From contig JAALKR010000008.1 of assembly GCA_011087955.1 (NCBI GenBank), forward strand, positions 4,356 through 68,355: a DNA stretch of 64,000 bases, read 5' to 3'. This stretch comes from Oligoflexia bacterium. GTDB taxonomy: Bacteria > Bdellovibrionota > UBA1018 > CAIPTA01 > JAALKR01. The notes under the pieces are model-generated. The model ran no database searches. It saw only the letters and a list, made by a program, of their open reading frames with translations, and was not told the DNA's origin. This document shows, piece after piece, positions 29,301 through 37,298 of this stretch (within the stretch, counting starts at the first letter, position 1; each line of letters begins with the position of its first letter). Both the position numbers and the translations under genes were made by a program.

Positions 29301-31600
29301 GGCTGGTTGGAAAAACCGAAAAGCTCAACACGCTAAAAAACCACTTGCAAAACACAGCCTCGAGCGAGGCTATAACTTATGCAAATATTGCCATGGATCT
29401 GCCTCGTCTTCAAAAGGCCAAGGAAGCACGCGATGGCATTGATCAGGACAAGGCCGTAAAAAAGTTTCTCGGTGATGCCTATAACGGCGCAGACACTAAT
29501 ATTGATGCCTTTGACGAGACAGCACAGTTTGTTGGAGGCTGTTTGGCCATACCGGAGCTGGAGAATGGCTTTGATATGTTTTTGGATACACAGCTCGCAA
29601 AAAAATGGAAACGCTTTAGGGAGCAACTGGAGGCTTTAACCAACATCGTTAAAAAAGCGACTGATGAGGCTTCGGAACTGCATGCACATGCCAACCTTCG
29701 TTTTGGTTCGTCACCCTATGAAAATAACTGGCTGAATATCAAGCTGGAATCGTTGATAAAACAATTATCACAAGCCTTGAAAAATCCGGATGCACTCAAT
29801 CGTTGGGTAAAATTAAATAGCTACTATGCCGAGGCTGCAGAGGGCATCACAGGCAAATTACTTAAAATATATGATCAGGAAAATTTAGACTTCGAAACAC
29901 TGCCGACCGCCTTTGAATATATGGTCTATAGCGCCGTGGCACGCAAAATTTACCAGCGCAATCCGGTTATATTCAAAACAAACGGCATGAGCCTTGAGCA
30001 AGCTAGATCCCGTATTAAAGAACTGGATAAGGAGATTTTGCAGCTTCAACAAGACAAACTATGTAATAAACTCAATAGCGCACGGCCCAGGACTGGAAAT
30101 GGCCATGGCAGAAAAAGCACATGGACAGAAGGTGCTTTACTCCACAACGAGATCAATAAAAAACGCGCTCATCTCTCAATCAGGACATTAATGAAACGCG
30201 CCGGCCAATCGATCCAGAAACTAAAGCCTTGCTTCCTTATGTCACCTTTGACAGTGGCGCAGTATCTAGAACCTGGGAAATTCAAGTTTGATCTTGTGGT
30301 GATCGACGAAGCCTCCCAAATGCGCCCCGAGGATGCGCTGGGTGGCGTGGCGCGTGCAGGCCAGATTGTTGTGGTGGGGGATCCGGAGCAGCTTCCGCCC
30401 ACATCGTTTTTTCAATCCACTGGTAAAGGTGACGACGGTGTGGAGGAAGATTTTACATCCGAAGCCATTATGGATATGGCGCTTTCATCGTTCCGTCCAT
30501 CCCGTATTTTAAGCCGTCATTATCGCTCACAGCATGAGAGCCTGATTGCGTTTTCGAATTATCACTTCTATGACCAGAGCCTTATTTTATTCCCATCGCC
30601 CATCGAAAACCCTGACGAGCTGGGCGTAAAGCTGGAATATGTGGGCGGCAGATATACCTCCAAGTCCAACATGGATGAAGTTAAGGCTGTTGTAAAAGCC
30701 GCGCTTGAGTTTATGCGGAAACATCCGGATAGCAGCCTTGGCATAGCCACCATGAATCAGACGCAAAAAAATCTCATCGAAGATGAGATGGATCGCGCCT
30801 TTATGGAGAATCCGCATGCGGCAAGTTATAAGGCAAAGTGGCAGGACACACTGGAATCCTTCTTTGTGAAAAACCTTGAAAATGTCCAAGGCGATGAGCG
30901 CGATGCTATTTTTATCTCGACCGTGTACGGCTCTGATAAAAACGATATGGTTATGCAGCGATTTGGCTCGATAAACCACGCCGAAGGCCACAGACGATTG
31001 AATGTATTATTCTCCCGCGCCAAGAAAAACATGGTGATCTTCACATCACTAAGGCCAGAGGATATTAAAATCAGCGATACATCGTCCAAAGGCATACACG
31101 CATTGAGAGGTTTTTTGGCCTATGCCTCTGAAGGCATTATGGACGGAGGGCGGCGTGATATAGACGAAGTACCGGACAGCGACTTTGAGGTCTGGGTCAA
31201 AGAAAAACTAGAAAGCATCGGCTGTGAAGTGCATCCGCAAGTGGGTGTGGCCGGATATCGCATTGATCTAGGCATAAAACATTCAAAATATCCGCATGGT
31301 TATCTCCTGGGAGTTGAATGCGACGGTGCCACATATCACTCCTCCAAATCGGCACGTGAACGCGATGTCATCCGCCAGCAAGTACTTGAAGGGCTTGGCT
31401 GGAAAATTTTCCGTATATGGTCAACGGACTGGTTCTCCAATCCTGTGCAAGAATTTGAAAAGCTTAAAAAATACATACAGAAGCTTTTGGAGGACGATGA
31501 CCCACAAGCAACGCCTGAGACGGGCACGGTGATTGAACATGATTTTGTACCCGATGACCAAGATGAGGAGCTTAGCTATCTCGTTAAGGCTGCAAAGTAA
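26327..31600 (+). CDS. DUF4011-like N-terminal region + split SF1 (AAA_11/AAA_12, Upf1-like) helicase + C-terminal DUF559/Vsr-like PD-(D/E)xK nuclease (HheA-like)
   Basis: The ORF encodes 1757 aa, with an AGGTGG SD 8 nt upstream. The N-terminus has KLLDTSRRNSLISF. Helicase motifs are GPPGTGKS (aa 409-416), VVIDEASQ (1324-1331), VVVGDPEQLPPT (1348-1359), VQGDERD (1520-1526) and RRLNVLFSRAK (1556-1566). The nuclease region is YRIDLGI...LGVECDGATYH...GWKIFRIW (aa 1644-1698). Confidence 0.9.
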   Translation: MNQVRAVNSNTEFVQECIEKYRAKLLDTSRRNSLISFNHSERSRQHIRVIDELPDFLYGEFLNGKKLTFRALPEEDQVPPDEKTSEFLSHLEQAKLTDEEYIKAIDSIDEDEEGALDKLKEIERELRNKIRENLALPVWKEQQSLTNTEVAKKHGLGPSYEMPEPSTENQDNANRHIDKFIQTLLKPEEMSRKLGGLNSYMRTDIEESGVNTLYTAFGFLEWYESAGSDKKCISPLLLLQLEIEKKQSREGYTYHVEATGEEPEINLPLSERLRNDFGIELPEFREEDRPENYMGKVARLIEKANVPKKEQWKIRRFITIGRFRFARLVMFHDLSASKWPGDSEVSSNEIVQSLFTGSDSEPSGEHAEDYNIDTPEVEKTVPLLITSADASQHSALVDVMKGKSLAIKGPPGTGKSQTITNIIANALAAGKTVLFLAEKMAALNVVHSRLNGANLGPYCLELHSTKAKKTALLKSIEERIKLRRGRGNGSRLDSKLQDFKRHRDHITEYVDVMNANFGRQDKPVHDYLWGAQLRKDRIGNLLSSINQCKIPFEQADLTVSELSDYTDELERIAALKKQVENDSDKNKHPWDFIGNSELDLFQQRDLKFTVEKWKDALEKTAIALEAFNKDFSLTIGGTIQDINAFYDDLNQLIEVDVGRLDEEFIASLFDKQIAAAMASFVKQIHVYRATKKEIQSLQNLSKAIDAIEEIEKQVLLAQDLKVDHMTTLDIGAQIKNLEEERKLWNRNLKRLLGIGERFGVSENEDLGKIYALAEMADYISSVPRDYLLFRTSDIIDETNAPRLKTAAETQERILSRLEDQEARYDLSMMGQPHEIRMHAAALGNAGFFAIFNSSYRQAKKLVMLASKHKSKFDAGKAASTLHSIADNKEEKEKIEQDGQLSDICGSSFNGMQTDFKKLRQINEWASSVRQRYSSGDEFSRNVRQCLLKGGMEELDSVRELARDDCFTALKTKISEITGSILPDIPVKKYLDGLVGKTEKLNTLKNHLQNTASSEAITYANIAMDLPRLQKAKEARDGIDQDKAVKKFLGDAYNGADTNIDAFDETAQFVGGCLAIPELENGFDMFLDTQLAKKWKRFREQLEALTNIVKKATDEASELHAHANLRFGSSPYENNWLNIKLESLIKQLSQALKNPDALNRWVKLNSYYAEAAEGITGKLLKIYDQENLDFETLPTAFEYMVYSAVARKIYQRNPVIFKTNGMSLEQARSRIKELDKEILQLQQDKLCNKLNSARPRTGNGHGRKSTWTEGALLHNEINKKRAHLSIRTLMKRAGQSIQKLKPCFLMSPLTVAQYLEPGKFKFDLVVIDEASQMRPEDALGGVARAGQIVVVGDPEQLPPTSFFQSTGKGDDGVEEDFTSEAIMDMALSSFRPSRILSRHYRSQHESLIAFSNYHFYDQSLILFPSPIENPDELGVKLEYVGGRYTSKSNMDEVKAVVKAALEFMRKHPDSSLGIATMNQTQKNLIEDEMDRAFMENPHAASYKAKWQDTLESFFVKNLENVQGDERDAIFISTVYGSDKNDMVMQRFGSINHAEGHRRLNVLFSRAKKNMVIFTSLRPEDIKISDTSSKGIHALRGFLAYASEGIMDGGRRDIDEVPDSDFEVWVKEKLESIGCEVHPQVGVAGYRIDLGIKHSKYPHGYLLGVECDGATYHSSKSARERDVIRQQVLEGLGWKIFRIWSTDWFSNPVQEFEKLKKYIQKLLEDDDPQATPETGTVIEHDFVPDDQDEELSYLVKAAK

Positions 31601-31746
31601 AATCCTGCCACCAACGGTGACGTAGTCAATCTGTAAACCATATCAAACAGCTTCACCGTGAGCTGGACGAATGAAGCCTTGGAAACAAAATAATTGGATC
31701 CACTTTTGACGATTGCCATGTTTGTTGTGGTGTTTTTAGGGAGATT

Positions 31747-32196
31747 TTAGCGACGATCAGCAATCGCTACGGAGTCGCCAACGATGACTGTAGGGTATTC
31801 ACCAATTGGCGTTTTCGCGGGTGGAAGAACTTCAATAATACGTCCGACAGACATATCACTCTCAGCGTGAATAATACGAAGCTTAGCAAATTTGAAAGTG
31901 ATACCATGGGCGTTGCGGTTATTAAGGTTGTCGGAGCTTGTTATAGAACGAAACACATCGAGGACAGAGCCAACTTTCACGCCTGCATTACTGCCGATAT
32001 TAACGTAGAAATCTCGACGAGGACGCTCTCCATCAGCCATAGGAATCTCTGTCTTAACACCAAAAACAATATGCTCAGGAGCAGCCTTCGCTTCCAGTGA
32101 GCCGATTAATTCATTTCCTGGCGCCACAAATACTAGTGCCAGAAGAGCTGTAAAAAAAATCGTGTAAATAAATTTTATTTTAAGAAAACTCCACAT
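31747..32196 (-). CDS. Hypothetical exported protein
   Basis: The signal peptide is MWSFLKIKFIYTIFFTALLALVFVAPG. I recognise no family. Confidence 0.6.
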   Translation of the reverse strand: MWSFLKIKFIYTIFFTALLALVFVAPGNELIGSLEAKAAPEHIVFGVKTEIPMADGERPRRDFYVNIGSNAGVKVGSVLDVFRSITSSDNLNNRNAHGITFKFAKLRIIHAESDMSVGRIIEVLPPAKTPIGEYPTVIVGDSVAIADRR

Positions 32197-32259
32197 ACTA
32201 GTTTCTCATCGGAGACAGGGGGAAAAAATTGAGTGCGTTTCGAAAATTATTTACAAAAC

Positions 32260-33387
32260 TTAGTTACGCAAAACTCCAAGGCTGCGCGCAGCACCACGAG
32301 CAGGACCATTGCCACCGTCGCCCCCCTTAGATCTCTGACGAGTTTTTAGGCGGACTCCTAAATCATTATTTAGGTCATTATCGAGAGCGTTGTGAGTACC
32401 ACAATTACCAAAGACTGCGGACTTATCACATCTCGCCATATCATGCTCTTTCGGGTCAAAACGAATGAAATCCGGCATCCCACTCGGAGCTTCTGAATTT
32501 AATGCTTGGGCTTGTGAAAATTCAGATACGGGAACAACACGTGTAGTAAGGTGGCTAAAATTGCCAGTAAAATCCTCATTGATAACTCTCTCATGACTAT
32601 CGTTTTCTTCTAAAATAATTGGCGATCCACAGATTTGTAATTTCATGTCAAGATGTCGCAATAGCACTTGGCCAAAGCGAGATGGTCTCGAACCATCAAC
32701 CTTATTAAAACGATTATTCGAAGTCGCAAGTTCCTGCATCTTTTTAATACCCTCAGCCGTAGAGCAGCCCATTAATTGCCGTGGATCATCGAAATGAATA
32801 TAGATATTTACTAAGTGAGTAGCTTCTCGAGCTTTAATTCTATCTAGGTCTTGATCGGAACGTACGGCACGACCCTGACATTGCACCATTAAAACAATTC
32901 CGCGCTTATCCGAAGGCAGACCAGTAATATTATGCTGTGTTTCCGCTTCTTTGACGGTCATGGGAGTAACATCATGAAATGGATTGCCACTTGAGTTTTT
33001 AGAATAACAAGCTGCAATTTGCTGGCCGCCTAGACGTAAACCTAATGCGCCTGCACCTGGAGATACACGAAAAACACCATTTTCACGGAGCTCTGTAAGG
33101 CGCTTATTTTTTATAGCTCTAGCGCCGTGACGAAGACCATCTAGTGGAAGTAGTCGGTGTAAAACACGATCCTTCGCCAACTTAATGGCTGCCTTTGCTC
33201 GCGCTCTTTTTACTTTAAGAGCAGCAGCCTCAAAGTCTGTAATAAGATCGGAATCTCCAACCGTTGGAACTAATGCAGTGCCTTCAATAGCCATTTCCAT
33301 AGAAGCCTCACCCGCTTGGGCGAAGCCAGATGTCATCAGTGACAATCCAAGTATTAGGCTTGCGAGTAAAGTATATTTAGCCATCAA
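32260..33387 (-). CDS. Hypothetical secreted Cys-containing protein
   Basis: The signal peptide is MMAKYTLLASLILGLSLMTSGFAQA. The product is 375 aa and I recognise no family. Confidence 0.65.
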   Translation of the reverse strand: MMAKYTLLASLILGLSLMTSGFAQAGEASMEMAIEGTALVPTVGDSDLITDFEAAALKVKRARAKAAIKLAKDRVLHRLLPLDGLRHGARAIKNKRLTELRENGVFRVSPGAGALGLRLGGQQIAACYSKNSSGNPFHDVTPMTVKEAETQHNITGLPSDKRGIVLMVQCQGRAVRSDQDLDRIKAREATHLVNIYIHFDDPRQLMGCSTAEGIKKMQELATSNNRFNKVDGSRPSRFGQVLLRHLDMKLQICGSPIILEENDSHERVINEDFTGNFSHLTTRVVPVSEFSQAQALNSEAPSGMPDFIRFDPKEHDMARCDKSAVFGNCGTHNALDNDLNNDLGVRLKTRQRSKGGDGGNGPARGAARSLGVLRN

Positions 33388-33573
33388 ACTTGGAAATGCA
33401 GGGATAGTGCCAACAAAGCCTTTGTAATATCAGAGGCTTAAAGGACTAAAATGCGATGAAGTTGTGAATAAAGCGAGCAATTGTATAAAATTTAAACACG
33501 TTTTCGTGATCAAATTAGGTTAGGTTAGGCCCTAGATTAGCTCTGAGGCTTCCTAGCTCCCCTGGCACCGGCT

Positions 33574-33906
33574 TTGCAACTACTTCAGGTAGTTGAGAAA
33601 GCGAATGTTGATCTACCAGTGGAGTTGTACGTGGCCAAATTAGATAAGTCTCAAGGTTTTACCTTTGTCTGCACCGACCTATATGAACCCTATCAAAAAA
33701 CAAAAGAAAGCGAAGCTGCCCTAAGGGATATCGAAGTTGCAAGCCCTTTAGTAGTGAAGCGTCCCAAAGCAGCAAGACGTAAAGCCATTCCTTCTGCAAT
33801 GGATCCTTTAGAGTCCCTGCGTAAAAACATTGATAGGCTAGGTGAAGCGCAAAGTCGTCTACGTTTTTTGATCCAAGAATTAGATAATCTTACAAAAAAT
33901 AGGTAA
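33574..33906 (+). CDS. Hypothetical small protein with a coiled-coil C-terminus; start uncertain
   Basis: The track ORF starts at a TTG with no SD. GTG at 33619 and GTG at 33631 are alternative starts. The C-terminus DPLESLRKNIDRLGEAQSRLRFLIQELDNL has a heptad-like pattern. Confidence 0.4.
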   Translation: MQLLQVVEKANVDLPVELYVAKLDKSQGFTFVCTDLYEPYQKTKESEAALRDIEVASPLVVKRPKAARRKAIPSAMDPLESLRKNIDRLGEAQSRLRFLIQELDNLTKNR

Positions 33907-33950
33907 ACTAATCTTGGTTGTGGGTTGAGCTATTGGAGGGGCAGCTAGGG

Positions 33951-34856
33951 ATGGCTACAAAATCGTTTGCGTACGGGCATTTCTGTCAAAACTGTCGGAA
34001 ACCGCTTGATTTGGATGACCAGGTTTATTTTGTAGAAGATAAAACGGGCAACTATTTCTGTTCCGAACCTTGTATACAAAAATTCTACGGCCCAATGGCT
34101 CGCTTCTATTACCAAGAACATCAGAAACTACGTGACCCACACGATATCCACGAACAGGACTTTGAGCAGTTTGAGAAATATTCGATTTTAACCGTAGACT
34201 CCCCGGATGAGCTTTGGCTTGAAAAAAGCAACGCAAGTGAGGAATATTATTTCTATATTAAAGAGTTTTCCAATCCGGGTGGAAAGTTCTATTACGTGAT
34301 CATGACTTTTTGTTTAGAGCGGGATCCGACTTTCGTGCTACTTTCGATCCCAACGCGGGACAAACGAATCCTCGATCATTATCGTCGAGGAAAGCGTTTA
34401 GCAAAGCAAGGCGAGGAGCAGGAAGCTCCATTGCCAGTGAATTATCTGGCTCAGCAATCAAAAACTCCTCAGCACGAAAACCTAATGAGTGAACGAGCAA
34501 TGGCACTAAAAGAGGAAATGCTCCGCAACCGCCGCCAGGAAGATATCGATACACATAAATTTGATGAACACTCCTATTTACTGGATGAAACAATCGAGAA
34601 CCCGGATGAAGCCTGGGAAATGGAAGTCGGCGAAAAAGGGGATGACTCAATTTTGACTTTGATTACGCAACACGACGATCGCTTGCACTATATCGTGATT
34701 TGCGGGGTCGATGACCATTCAGACACGGATACTCCAGCCTGGCGTGTGCTCTATCACTTTCCTACAGGAGATGCGGGACTCGTGCAGCATTACCGCAGAG
34801 GAATGCCGAAAGCGGGAGTAACACCCAATCACACAGCACCTGAGGCGATTCACTAG
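33951..34856 (+). CDS. TRASH/FCS-type zinc-finger protein with two internally duplicated ...PDExW...HYRRG domains
   Basis: The ATG at 33951 follows GGAGGGG. CQNC-x21-CSEPC fits C-x2-C-x19-22-C-x3-C. Two homologous ~70-aa repeats each end in HYRRG. Confidence 0.7.
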   Translation: MATKSFAYGHFCQNCRKPLDLDDQVYFVEDKTGNYFCSEPCIQKFYGPMARFYYQEHQKLRDPHDIHEQDFEQFEKYSILTVDSPDELWLEKSNASEEYYFYIKEFSNPGGKFYYVIMTFCLERDPTFVLLSIPTRDKRILDHYRRGKRLAKQGEEQEAPLPVNYLAQQSKTPQHENLMSERAMALKEEMLRNRRQEDIDTHKFDEHSYLLDETIENPDEAWEMEVGEKGDDSILTLITQHDDRLHYIVICGVDDHSDTDTPAWRVLYHFPTGDAGLVQHYRRGMPKAGVTPNHTAPEAIH

Positions 34857-35488
34857 AACGAAACGGACGCCCACACTTGGAATGGCATTAGATCATCAAT
34901 CAGGCCTTGAGACATACTTGGATAGGAATCAGATGAAGCGGCTGGGTTTGTGGCCCAATTACTAAAGGCGTCTAGGTCACTCTGAAAGATTACGGTAATT
35001 ACGTTGAACTCATCCCGAGCCATAGTAAATACGCCTTCGCCATTTGGAACTGAACCACAACGTCGCTCGCTGAGGTCATCTAAGAAGAAAGATCCAACTC
35101 CATAGGGATCTGAAGAAAACTCCACACCTGTCATGAGACAAATCACTTGGCCATTGTTTAGATTCGGTGCTGTGATGCGAAGAATTTTCTTATCCGTTTT
35201 GTGGCGAGCAATGAGAATGCCCTCCAGTTGAGTTGTTGCATTTACAGCTGCATAATACGCGATAGAGACATCGGCTTCGAAAAGTGAAGCTCTTGTGCTT
35301 TCATTTATGTTCCCAGCAGTGTCCGTTCCTACAGGATTATTTAATGGAGCCCTTGAAGAAATTCTAGTACCGGAATCATCTTCAGCATTAGGGCGCTCAA
35401 TATATTGACCAGGATTACAGCCCACAACAATAAGGGCTGCGACAAAGGGACTCAAAAAAATAAAACCACTTTGGCAAAAAAATTTCAT
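34853..35488 (-). CDS. Hypothetical lipoprotein
   Basis: MKFFCQSGFIFLSPFVAALIVVGC|NPG has a lipobox (VVGC). The start is taken at ATG 35488 rather than the track start. Confidence 0.65.
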   Translation of the reverse strand: MKFFCQSGFIFLSPFVAALIVVGCNPGQYIERPNAEDDSGTRISSRAPLNNPVGTDTAGNINESTRASLFEADVSIAYYAAVNATTQLEGILIARHKTDKKILRITAPNLNNGQVICLMTGVEFSSDPYGVGSFFLDDLSERRCGSVPNGEGVFTMARDEFNVITVIFQSDLDAFSNWATNPAASSDSYPSMSQGLIDDLMPFQVWASVSF

Positions 35489-35693
35489 CTTTAAGTGTAA
35501 CATCCTTAACCTCATCTCAAACAGCACCAAGGGTATCTCCTGTTGGATATGCAGGGGCAGTGCCAAATTTGCTTTTCTGACTGAAAATTAGTTTTCGGCA
35601 TAAATAATCATTATTTATCTATCTGGGAGTGGGTTTTAGAATGCGGGATCTGCGTAGTTACTGTACAGGTAGAGTACAAGCTGTCAAAAGACT

Positions 35694-37298
35694 TTACAGT
35701 GCTTCCAGCCTATCAGTTAAGGCATGTCGAATATAAAGACAACCCGCAGCACCCAGGGTGAGAAAGGTCAGAATCCAAGCTAAGAGCTCTCCATGAGCGC
35801 GATAGAAGGTCTCCACTGGCTGCAACGGAATGGGAAAGTCCATCTCGACAATCTTTGGTTGAAAGAGCGGGCCCGACTTTACGAGCTCCCCCGTCACATC
35901 AATAAAGCCCGTAATGCCTGTATTCGTCGAACGAATCATCGGAATGCCGTTTTCAATAATTCGATGAGCAGTAACCATTAAATGCTGATAAGGCTCATTG
36001 CCTGGCCCAAACCAGGAGTCATTGGAAAAGTTAATAAAGACTTCTGCGCCATTCCGCGCAAGCTCCCGCATATAGTTCATAATCAAAGCCTCATAACAAA
36101 TATTCACGCCCATGCGCAGCGGAGGCTTATCTTTACGGTCCCAAATAATAGGGTAGGGGCCGCGACCACGACCAAAATCACCCAATTGTGGATTCAATTT
36201 TTTAAGAACCGGGAACCAATCGGAAAAAGGCATATATTCGCCAAAAATTAAAAGGTGACTCTTCTTATAGGAAGTTTGTGGAACGCCGTTTTCATCTATC
36301 AAAACTACAGCATTATGCTCTTTATTATGCGCACGCTCATAGGTACCAATGAGTAGCGCATGTCCAAGTGTACGCGCTTGCCGCTGTAAGAAATCCGCCT
36401 CCATGCGCGAAAGAGAGGAGCTTTGTGAATCAGGTGATACGGGGTAGGACATCGGATAGGCCGTTTCAGGCCAGAGAATAATATCTGGCTTTGTCTGCGC
36501 CGCAAGTGCGGTCATGTCCTTATAGTCACGAATAATATTCTTCAATCCTTTGCGAACTCCAGCAAAGGCGATTGCCTTATTAGCGTTTGCAATATTAGCT
36601 TGTACCATCGCAACCTTCACCGATTGGGTGGGCAATTCTTTTAAACGATCTATTCTAGCTGCACCCCAAAAATGCGCGGCAATCACTAATCCAAGCGACA
36701 GAGCAAGTGAGGCATACGCTTTCTTATTATGATAATCGCGCGCGATATAAAAAAATGAGGCCCCCACAAAGGCCACGATAAAGGACGTAGCAGATGTACC
36801 GCCAAAAGAGACAATTTGACTGACACTCAGCCAAGGCCAAAGCGTATTGCCAATCATCTCAGGGAAAATTTTTATAAACCGAAACAGGAACTCATTCACC
36901 GTCCAAAAGCTTGCCCAAAATAGTGGGCGCAGATATAACGGCAATTTCTCCACTGATTCCCGCAAGAAGAACCCAAAAAAGAAGAAGGAATTATAATTGG
37001 GGATACAAATAATATTAAAGCCAGTATGCATCAGTAGAGTGATCATAATTGGCAGGTCACCCATTTCGGATAAAACGTAAGTAATCCACGTATATCCACC
37101 ATAACCAGCAATCATGGAGGCAATAAGCCCAAGGCGCACGGCATCCCACTTAGACCGTAGAGAATACAGGGCGTCGAGTAGAAAGGGGAGTATAATAAAA
37201 GCGAGGGGGAAAATACCCCAACGCGGGTACGCAAAAATTGCTATACTCATCCCGAGTGCGATAGAAATTATTGAGCGACGCGGAAGTATTTTATCCAT
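35694..37298 (-). CDS. lnt: Apolipoprotein N-acyltransferase
   Basis: It has a multi-TM N-terminal half and a C-terminal CN-hydrolase domain (ILWPETAY, VNICYEALI, FSNDSWFG). Confidence 0.9.
   Translation of the reverse strand: MDKILPRRSIISIALGMSIAIFAYPRWGIFPLAFIILPFLLDALYSLRSKWDAVRLGLIASMIAGYGGYTWITYVLSEMGDLPIMITLLMHTGFNIICIPNYNSFFFFGFFLRESVEKLPLYLRPLFWASFWTVNEFLFRFIKIFPEMIGNTLWPWLSVSQIVSFGGTSATSFIVAFVGASFFYIARDYHNKKAYASLALSLGLVIAAHFWGAARIDRLKELPTQSVKVAMVQANIANANKAIAFAGVRKGLKNIIRDYKDMTALAAQTKPDIILWPETAYPMSYPVSPDSQSSSLSRMEADFLQRQARTLGHALLIGTYERAHNKEHNAVVLIDENGVPQTSYKKSHLLIFGEYMPFSDWFPVLKKLNPQLGDFGRGRGPYPIIWDRKDKPPLRMGVNICYEALIMNYMRELARNGAEVFINFSNDSWFGPGNEPYQHLMVTAHRIIENGIPMIRSTNTGITGFIDVTGELVKSGPLFQPKIVEMDFPIPLQPVETFYRAHGELLAWILTFLTLGAAGCLYIRHALTDRLEAL

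Noticed and set aside
26327-31600. Compositional (GC) contrast of the helicase gene relative to its flanks
   Set aside because: Hand counts of single 100-nt samples gave 56 and 50 G+C inside the gene, against 45 (gspE) and 48 (the 375-aa gene) outside. These samples are too few and too variable to support a claim. A proper sliding-window GC, GC3 and codon-adaptation computation is needed.
33515-33529. Three tandem TTAGG units, and a 7-bp hairpin (caactac-ttcag-gtagttg, 33577-33595) at the predicted start of the 110-aa ORF
   Set aside because: The repeat is too short to differ from chance in an AT-rich spacer. The hairpin mainly casts doubt on the TTG start rather than indicating a defined element.
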